The translations under genes were made by a program, and so were the position numbers. From NCBI GenBank assembly GCA_028718865.1, contig JAQUKX010000005.1:368-64367 (forward strand): a stretch of 64,000 nt of DNA, read 5' to 3'. The notes beneath the pieces are model-generated. The model saw nothing but the letters and a program-made list of their open reading frames with translations, searched no databases and was not told the DNA's origin. Shown here in pieces: positions 57,453 through 64,000 of the stretch. The stretch comes from Patescibacteria group bacterium. Its GTDB lineage: Bacteria; Patescibacteriota; Patescibacteriia; UBA1558; GWA2-36-10. How positions within the stretch are numbered: the stretch's first letter is position 1; every line of letters begins with the position of its first letter.

Positions 57453-59348
57453 TTAAAGCTTCTCTGCTTCAGCCATTTGCTGCTCTTCAAACTCTTTTTT
57501 GGCTTCTTCAATTTCCAAAAGCTGGCGAGGATCAGAAGTAATTACTTGATGCTCGGTATAAGAAGCCTGGACTTTGATAGCCGCGTGCTTGGCGCCGGCA
57601 AAAAATATGCCTTCGCCCTGGCCGGCTTCCAAAAGTAAATACTTTTCCCCTTCCGTGAGCATAAAAGTCTTCTGCACCAGATTAATAGCCGCCGGCGTTT
57701 GCTTAAGCAGAAGCTGCAAAGAACAATTATTGACAATGGCATTGCCGTAAGCGGAAGTCAAAAAGTCATTGACATCCTGGGTAATGGTGGTGACCCCCAA
57801 ATAATATTTGCGGCAGCGCTTGACCAAAGCATACATAAACTTGGCACTATCTTCATGGCGCATCATAATCCAAGCTTCATCTACCACCAGCAAACGGCGC
57901 TTCAACTCACTGCGGATTATATTCCAAATGTAATTCATAATCACATACATGGCAATAGGCCGGAGCTCGTCCTCCAAGTCTCTGATACTGAAAACAATCA
58001 GTTGATTGTCCACTTTGATATTGGTCGGATTATTAAACAAGCCGGCAAAAGTACCTTCGGTATATTTCTTGATTCTTAGAGCCATATCCTCGCCGCCCTC
58101 CATGCCCAAGAGCACTTCTTCCAAATCCGACATCAGAGGCGGCTCAACATTGGTCAAATCACTGGCGGCAGTGATATCCTTTTTAGCATAAGTTTCTATC
58201 AAAGCTCTATCCAAAAGAGAGTCTTCGGCATTGGTAATATCGCCTATCATCAACCGAATCAATCCTTTGAGAGTAATAACCGCGCTACGCAATATATCCT
58301 CGGGCTTGGATTCTCCGCCCACTCCCCGAGGCAAATCAAAAGGATTAAGCTTACTCTCGGAATTAAGGGAAAGATTGATGTAAGCGCCATTGACGGCTTC
58401 CGACAAATGCCGATATTCATTTTCTGGGTCTATGACTATCACATCAGTACCCAGCATCATGGTGCGCAAAATTTCCAGCTTGATAGCATAGCTTTTGCCG
58501 GCTCCTGAGGTAGCAAACACCACCATATTGGCGTTTTGCAAACTAAAACGGTCAAAAAGGATCAAGCTGTTGTTGTGACGATTGATGCCGTAGAGTATGC
58601 CCTGGTCAGAAGTCAGCTCAGAAGAAACAAAAGGAAAAGAAGAAGCAATCGGCGAACTATTCATGTTGGTGGAAATGCCCAGCTCATCATTGCCCATCGG
58701 TAAAGTAGAGTTGAATCCTTGCTCAGCCTGAAACAAAGCGCGGCGGGAATAAATCAATTGCATACCAAGAAGATTTTCCACCCTATCGCTGGCCAAATCC
58801 AGCTCCTCTTTGGTTTTGGCGTAGATAGTGACATAAAGAGAAAATTGAAAAAATTTTTCCGTGCCTTGGGTCAAATCATCTCTCAATCTTTCTATATCAC
58901 GCAAAGCGGTTTCGGCAATAGGATCGCGCGGCGCGCCTTTTTCATGGTCAGCCATAATTTGCGCTTCCATATTACCGACCTTGTTTCTCAATTGTTTCAA
59001 AACCGTGGTGACATCCATTGGATAAAAAAACATGGTAATATCCAAAGTCATGCTTTCGTTGATAATCGGAGCAAACCAGCCGATAGTCAGATAACGAGGA
59101 TAAGTCATCACGAACAAGGTCCGGACATAGAGATCATTGAGGCGCAAAAAATTATTTTCTATTTTCAGAGATGAGGGGGCGATAACGTCTCGTACCGATA
59201 CTACTCCTTCTCGAAAAACTTTTTCCGCTTCCAAAATCTCCTTTTGGCGACCAATATCCTGAGCCAAGTTTTGAAGCTCGGCTTTTTGAGCTGCCTCCTT
59301 AGCTGAAGGCTGTTTTTCTACTTGTTTTATTTTTTTAAATCCAAACAT
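57453..59348 (-). CDS. VirB4/TraG-like conjugation-family ATPase
   Basis: ATSGAGKS Walker A, VIDPENEY, LNPFD, VVDEAW, RCRKY...TITQ. Confidence 0.92.
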   Translation of the reverse strand: MFGFKKIKQVEKQPSAKEAAQKAELQNLAQDIGRQKEILEAEKVFREGVVSVRDVIAPSSLKIENNFLRLNDLYVRTLFVMTYPRYLTIGWFAPIINESMTLDITMFFYPMDVTTVLKQLRNKVGNMEAQIMADHEKGAPRDPIAETALRDIERLRDDLTQGTEKFFQFSLYVTIYAKTKEELDLASDRVENLLGMQLIYSRRALFQAEQGFNSTLPMGNDELGISTNMNSSPIASSFPFVSSELTSDQGILYGINRHNNSLILFDRFSLQNANMVVFATSGAGKSYAIKLEILRTMMLGTDVIVIDPENEYRHLSEAVNGAYINLSLNSESKLNPFDLPRGVGGESKPEDILRSAVITLKGLIRLMIGDITNAEDSLLDRALIETYAKKDITAASDLTNVEPPLMSDLEEVLLGMEGGEDMALRIKKYTEGTFAGLFNNPTNIKVDNQLIVFSIRDLEDELRPIAMYVIMNYIWNIIRSELKRRLLVVDEAWIMMRHEDSAKFMYALVKRCRKYYLGVTTITQDVNDFLTSAYGNAIVNNCSLQLLLKQTPAAINLVQKTFMLTEGEKYLLLEAGQGEGIFFAGAKHAAIKVQASYTEHQVITSDPRQLLEIEEAKKEFEEQQMAEAEKL

Positions 59349-60022
59349 TATGTTTCCACATTTAATTTATTGACCGCTTCTAGCCCCTGACGCTGGTAAA
59401 GGTCGGGATTATAACTGTTGTAATAAAGCTCTATCAAAGCCTGCGTCTCCAGACGCTCATTGCGTAGCCCTAAGCTGTTGAGACCAGCCGAGACAAAACT
59501 GCAGCGTTTGTCCAGCTGCTGGCCGAACTCCTCAAAGCGCTTACGGCTCAAGGTCACTACCTTGGCAGCGGAAAAAACCGAAGAAAACCTGGCAACAAAA
59601 CTGCGATTTTTATCACTGACAGCATTATAGGGCACAATAACATAAAATCGTTTGCTCATAATTTTCTCCAAAGTCAAAAGCTCTTTGACAAATTCCCGAT
59701 AATCAGCGGTCTGCATTCGCAATAATTCATTAGTCTGCTCTCTTTCCACTTTTTTCAAACGATCCAAATACTCATCAATATCCAAAGGCCGAGACTGGAT
59801 AACTATCTGCAAAGGATAATCCACGGAATTAAGAAAATTGACATAATTGGCAATAATCGCCTGCTGCTCATCCCCTGATTTGAGATCAAAATTAATAGAA
59901 GAAACCAAAAGCACGCCGCGGACACTGCCATCATTTAAAAGCACTAGATCATCTCTGATTTCAGCGATGTTGAGAAATTTTTGGGTTGAATTACTTGGTC
60001 CTTTCTTTTTTTTATTTTTCAT
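59348..60022 (-). CDS. VirB4-associated (TraC N-terminal-like) protein
   Basis: STQKFL.IAEIRD, VSSINF.LKS.DEQ, LQIVIQSR, LYYNSYNP; between PrgI and VirB4. Confidence 0.65.
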   Translation of the reverse strand: MKNKKKKGPSNSTQKFLNIAEIRDDLVLLNDGSVRGVLLVSSINFDLKSGDEQQAIIANYVNFLNSVDYPLQIVIQSRPLDIDEYLDRLKKVEREQTNELLRMQTADYREFVKELLTLEKIMSKRFYVIVPYNAVSDKNRSFVARFSSVFSAAKVVTLSRKRFEEFGQQLDKRCSFVSAGLNSLGLRNERLETQALIELYYNSYNPDLYQRQGLEAVNKLNVET

Positions 60023-60035
60023 AAAAATATCTCTG

Positions 60036-60494
60036 CTAAATTCTCAAATTATTTTCCTTGTTGGCATCACCTTCTCCTTTGTAAGCTCCGCCCGTGTCAA
60101 TAATCAAGGATAATTCCGATAATTTCTTGCTGGAAACCATTTTTTTTCTAGGCAAGACTTCTTCAGCGGCTGCTCCTTCGTCCTTGCTCTTGAAAACTTC
60201 TATTTTTATATACTCTTTGCGCCAGACTCGGACATTGGGCTTTTTCAAAGTTTCTATAAAATTAAGGGCAAAAAGATGAAAAGGAGCGCCATTGACTTTG
60301 TAAAAAGCAAAAACTATAGTCAGCACTACTGTTAAAAAAGCTTGCAAAAGAAAAAGCGAAAAGTCCGATAATTTGTAGGCCAAAAATATAAATAAGCCGC
60401 CGACCATGACAATAATAAACTGCCGGATGGTTATCGGTCCCCAGATTTTATTTTCTGCATCAATAAACTGTGGCACTATAAATCTATTTTCCAT
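60036..60494 (-). CDS. PrgI family protein
   Basis: VPQFIDAENKIWGPITIRQF followed by two TMs. Confidence 0.85.
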   Translation of the reverse strand: MENRFIVPQFIDAENKIWGPITIRQFIIVMVGGLFIFLAYKLSDFSLFLLQAFLTVVLTIVFAFYKVNGAPFHLFALNFIETLKKPNVRVWRKEYIKIEVFKSKDEGAAAEEVLPRKKMVSSKKLSELSLIIDTGGAYKGEGDANKENNLRI

Positions 60495-60500
60495 GCTATT

Positions 60501-61895
60501 TTAAAATCTCAATTTTTTATTTAAATCGGCAATAGCGGAAAATTCTTCTATGGCCAAATGACTGGCATCGGCCTGCTGACGCTGAGCCAAAAATTCCTCA
60601 ATTGCCTGCCCTTGACCCATGCTTTTGGCGCCTAAGGACAAATAAAGCTGGTGCAAAGGACTGTTTCTCCACGCAGCAATGCCTTGGGCTTTTTTGGTAA
60701 AAGAATCTTTTTCCAATAAATTTATCTTGGCCAAAATCTTTTCTACTCTTTCCTGAGGACTCTGACCCAAGCGACGAAAAGCAGTCAAATCCAAAGAGCC
60801 TATTTCCATCACTGGCCCGGTCAAAACCGCCTTGGGCGCCGGCCGACTGACAGAACTTGCCTTGGCCAAAACATCAGCCAGCTGTTTTTTAGCCGGCATT
60901 GCTTGCGGCCGCAATACTTTTGGCAAATTTTCTTTATCATTATCGCTGACTGTTTTTTCTTGAGGTAGGGAAAAATCTTCTTTGGCGGACGCTTGGCTTT
61001 TTAAAGGCTGAAGCGGCTGCTCAAGCGCTGGGCTTGGCTCGTCTTTTTTTGTTTCTTCTTTACCAGCTTGATCTTTTTTATCAAGTTTTTCCGCTAATGC
61101 CTCTGTCTTTTTTTCCGGCCCTAAAGAATCTTGCTTTGACTCATTTGCGTCTTGAGTTTTGGCAATATCATCCGGCAAAGAAAAATTCGGCTTTTGAGTA
61201 AGGGCCAATCCGGCCAGAGCATTGTCTATTTCCGCTTGAGGAGGCTGGCTCAAATCCTCGTTTTCTTCCAAAACAATGGTTTTTAATTTCAGCTTGTCGT
61301 CTTTTATCTCAGGCGCCGTGACCGGTGCTGGCTGCCAAACTACCAAACCGCCGGTTGCCGATATTTTTTCCTTGATGCCCTTGGCCACTGACATAATAGC
61401 GTCAATGGTTTTTTCCGGCAGCAGTCGGCCATCTGACTTGACCTTTTCACTGATAAAAATTCTGGTGCTAATGGAATTTTTCCGGTTGCGCAAAAAGTTA
61501 AAAATAGCCTCAATAAATTTTTTTCTATCCTCGCCGGCTAAATTCAAATTCTGTTTTTCTATTATCTTGGCCGAAATTTTTTCCACTGAATATTTTTTGC
61601 TCTCATCTTGAGGAAGGTGTCCAGCCAAAACCTCCAAATCCTTTTTGTCTTCCGGATGAAAGTGAAAATCAGCTTTATCGCTTGATTTACCCCTAAATTT
61701 CGCGTAATTATCCTCCCGAAAGTGCTCCTCAGTTGCTGTTTTTGGCAAATCAACCCTATCTGAAGCTGCGCTTGAGGCCGGCGTTTGCTTCTTTTGATAG
61801 TATGACAAAAGGCCTTGCTCATCTTTTAGAAGCAAATTTTCTTTCCAATTGACAGCAACCGGCGCACTGATTGTCTGATTGTCTATATCTGGCAT
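60501..61895 (-). CDS. Hypothetical protein
   Basis: 464-aa ORF with a low-complexity middle and an ordered-looking C-terminus (GPVMEI..L...FRRLG, AWRNSPL..LY). Confidence 0.7.
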   Translation of the reverse strand: MPDIDNQTISAPVAVNWKENLLLKDEQGLLSYYQKKQTPASSAASDRVDLPKTATEEHFREDNYAKFRGKSSDKADFHFHPEDKKDLEVLAGHLPQDESKKYSVEKISAKIIEKQNLNLAGEDRKKFIEAIFNFLRNRKNSISTRIFISEKVKSDGRLLPEKTIDAIMSVAKGIKEKISATGGLVVWQPAPVTAPEIKDDKLKLKTIVLEENEDLSQPPQAEIDNALAGLALTQKPNFSLPDDIAKTQDANESKQDSLGPEKKTEALAEKLDKKDQAGKEETKKDEPSPALEQPLQPLKSQASAKEDFSLPQEKTVSDNDKENLPKVLRPQAMPAKKQLADVLAKASSVSRPAPKAVLTGPVMEIGSLDLTAFRRLGQSPQERVEKILAKINLLEKDSFTKKAQGIAAWRNSPLHQLYLSLGAKSMGQGQAIEEFLAQRQQADASHLAIEEFSAIADLNKKLRF

Positions 61896-61991
61896 TTTTA
61901 CGATTTTATCTTGCTATATTATAACATATTTAATCCAATTGAGCCAATAATAAAACCCGGCTTTTGGGCCGGGCTTTTTCAATATAATTAT

Positions 61992-62549
61992 TTAAGCTCT
62001 AGCTACATATTCTCCGGTTTCAGTATTGACTATTATTTGGTCTCCGTCTTTGATAAACATCGGCGTCCTTATTTCCAAACCGTTTTCCAAAACAACTGTT
62101 TTAGTGGCCGCACCAGCGCTATTGCCTTTTACTCCTTCGGGAGCCGACGCTACTTTCAAAATCACTTTGGGAGGCAGGGCAATTGCTACTGGCTGCTGAT
62201 TAAACACCAAAACATTGACTATCTGTCCTTCTTTGAGATATTTGACTGCCTCTCCTATTAGTTCTTGAGAAAACTGAAACTGCTCAAAATCCTGATTATC
62301 CATAAAAAAATAAAGATCATTTTCCCGATAGAGAAAATTTGCCTGACGATAGCTCAAATCGGCCATCACTATATCATCAGAGCCGGAAAAAGTCTTTTCC
62401 AAAGTATTGCCGCTGACCAAATTCTTAAGCTTGGTCTTGATGACCGCTCCTCCTCTGGCCACCTTGATATGCTGAGCAAAAACTACCTGATAGGGTTCAT
62501 CTTCTATATTGATTACCCTGCCCAATTTCAAATCATTCAGCCCAGACAT
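61992..62549 (-). CDS. efp: Elongation factor P
   Basis: KLKNLVSG, FMDNQDFEQ, PEGVKGNSA..ATK, VNTETGEYVAR. Confidence 0.95.
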   Translation of the reverse strand: MSGLNDLKLGRVINIEDEPYQVVFAQHIKVARGGAVIKTKLKNLVSGNTLEKTFSGSDDIVMADLSYRQANFLYRENDLYFFMDNQDFEQFQFSQELIGEAVKYLKEGQIVNVLVFNQQPVAIALPPKVILKVASAPEGVKGNSAGAATKTVVLENGLEIRTPMFIKDGDQIIVNTETGEYVARA

Positions 62550-62551
62550 AA

Positions 62552-62770
62552 TTATTTACTCAAATAAGGCAAAAAGGCCATAAATCTAGCGCGCTTAATG
62601 GCTTGCGTCAATTCACGCTGGTGACTGGAGCAAGCACCGCTTCTCCTTTTGGGCACAATTTTGCCATAGGAAGAAGTAAATTTCTTCAGTTGCTGCCAAT
62701 TTTTGTAGTCAATATAATCTATGTTATTGACGCAAAAATAACAATATTTACTAGTTTGCTTTTTATGCAT
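62552..62770 (-). CDS. rpsR: 30S ribosomal protein S18 (zinc-binding C+ type)
   Basis: CYFC, IDYKN, GKIVPKR, C..HQR...AIKRAR. Confidence 0.96.
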   Translation of the reverse strand: MHKKQTSKYCYFCVNNIDYIDYKNWQQLKKFTSSYGKIVPKRRSGACSSHQRELTQAIKRARFMAFLPYLSK

Positions 62771-62786
62771 ATGTTTGTTAATAGCT

Positions 62787-63223
62787 TATAGCTTATGGCC
62801 TATAGAACGTTGCTTTGGCTATAAACTCTTTTTAAAAGCTGTTATTTTTTTAATAAGAATTTCTGCTTCTCTATAAAGAAATACAAATTCTTTCGGCGAT
62901 ATAAATCCTCTATCTCTCGCTATGTACAACTCCGAAACTAATTCCGCATTGGATCTAATAGCATAATTAAGGAAAACTCTAAAATCATTTTTACTGCTAC
63001 TACCTGATCCCTCTGCTATATTGGCTGAGATAGAAACTACTGCCCTTTTTATTTGGCTCGACAAGCCAAATAATTAATTTTTAGGAAATTTATCAGTAAT
63101 ATCATATATTTTCCCTGCATAATTAACTGACAATTTCCAAATTTCTAAATGTTCAAATCTAAACATATAAAATCACTTTCTTCTTCAAACTATTTACTTA
63201 TTTACTATTAGCCATAAGCTATA
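62787..63223. mobile_element. Insertion in ssb-rpsR bounded by 13-bp inverted repeats within 7-nt periodic tracts
   Basis: TATAGCTTATGGC (62787-62799) / GCCATAAGCTATA (63211-63223); TAGCTTA-type heptamers on both flanks. Confidence 0.6.
62819..63166 (-). pseudogene. Four-helix-bundle (23S rRNA IVP-like) protein with premature TAA
   Basis: MFRFEHLEIW...FPKN*LFGLSSQIKRAVVSISANIAEG; in-frame TAA at 63074-63076. Confidence 0.85.
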
Positions 63224-63228
63224 CGCTC

Positions 63229-63702
63229 CTAAAAAGGAATGTCTTCAATGCTGATTTCTTCTTCATTACTACTCTTTTTGGCCGGAGCTTGGCTGGAAGC
63301 GCCAAAGTCAACTACCGGCTCACTCTCGGCCGGTTCAGGCTGGGATCCTTCAGACGGCATAGTGGCGGCAGCGCCCAAACGATCAAGCATAATCATATTA
63401 TCAGCGATAATTTCCGTTTTGTAGCGCTTGATGCCATTGGGATCATCCCAAGATCTGGTCTGTAGACGGCCTTCAATATAAACTTTACTGCCTTTTTTCA
63501 AATACTGGTTGCTGATTTCGGCCAAGCGTCGCCAAGCAACCACATTGTGAAATTCCGCTCTCTCCTGCTTTTGACCGCTTTGATCTTTCCAAACAAGATT
63601 GGTAGCAATGGAGAAAGAAGTGACATTTTGACCGCCAGCCGTGGAACGCATCTCTGGATCGCGCACCACATTGCCGATGATCATTACTTTGTTTAAATCC
63701 AT
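63229..63702 (-). CDS. ssb: Single-stranded DNA-binding protein
   Basis: [34 protein letters not shown]-terminal DIPF. Confidence 0.97.
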   Translation of the reverse strand: MDLNKVMIIGNVVRDPEMRSTAGGQNVTSFSIATNLVWKDQSGQKQERAEFHNVVAWRRLAEISNQYLKKGSKVYIEGRLQTRSWDDPNGIKRYKTEIIADNMIMLDRLGAAATMPSEGSQPEPAESEPVVDFGASSQAPAKKSSNEEEISIEDIPF

Positions 63703-63724
63703 ATGATTTTTTATCAATTGATAA

Positions 63725-64000
63725 TTAATCTATTTTCGGTCCTTTTTCCAAGATTTCATCCAGCTTTTGCGGCATTTCTCCCAACTCTATTTTATCTTCT
63801 TTTTTATCAGCTACTGGACTTGGAGCCAACCGACGAGGCCTTGGGACTGCATCGCTCCTTCTTTTTCTAGGAGCCGCTTTGGTTTTGGCTTCTGGCGCAT
63901 CGGCAAAACGACTAGGATCAACCTTGCTTCTGACTGCTTCTTTTTCTTTTTTGATAATCAAATGACGCAAAATATTCTTGTCATGCTTGAGTTTGACCTC
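63725..64000 (-). CDS. rpsF: 30S ribosomal protein S6, C-terminal part (start lies beyond the window)
   Basis: ..[14 protein letters not shown] plus charged tail; canonical rpsF-ssb-rpsR order. Confidence 0.8.
   Translation of the reverse strand, partial: EVKLKHDKNILRHLIIKKEKEAVRSKVDPSRFADAPEAKTKAAPRKRRSDAVPRPRRLAPSPVADKKEDKIELGEMPQKLDEILEKGPKID

Noticed and set aside
62819-63166. Second Avd / second DGR
   Set aside because: Motif is IVP-type (SQxxRAxxSIxxNIAEG), not the Avd EIGKMLGGW type; no RT, TR or VR nearby.
1-64000. Additional (remote) VR copies in pilins or surface proteins
   Set aside because: No second match to the TR core (GGGACGAAGGCCGACACCGAGCC) noticed by eye; a computed search is needed to exclude diverged copies.

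Overview
AT-rich chromosomal window from what looks like a Patescibacteria/CPR (Parcubacteria-like) bacterium; this is inferred from gene content, not from a marker search. Most of it is housekeeping: T-box-thrS, a MiaB-MiaA fusion, gatB and gatCA, a dTMP salvage cluster (dCMP deaminase, NMP kinase, thyA, folA, dut, tmk), smpB-tmRNA, infC-rpmI-rplT, lgt, ligA, a large type IV pilus locus, lemA-htpX-clpC-comF, recG, a VirB4/PrgI/pilin cluster and efp-rpsR-ssb-rpsF. The stand-out is a compact (~3.25 kb), integrase-less diversity-generating retroelement (DGR) inserted at the 3' end of tRNA-Ser(TGA), 46.8-50.07 kb. It has a GC-rich target gene whose variable region (VR) differs from the template repeat (TR) at 22 of 131 positions, 21 of them TR adenines. 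Its wiring is unusual. avd lies on the opposite strand, between TR and RT, and its start codon abuts the RT start codon with zero gap. A sigma70-like promoter with a G8 tract in an 18-bp spacer overlaps the RT stop codon and points antisense through RT toward avd, which could be a phase-variable switch. Other oddities include a four-helix-bundle pseudogene bracketed by heptamer-periodic inverted repeats inside ssb-rpsR, a glycosyltransferase split at an A_AAA_AAG slippery site, a degenerate PilT, an unidentified structured RNA in the pilus locus, and several REP-like palindromes. All calls were made by eye; no database searches were run.
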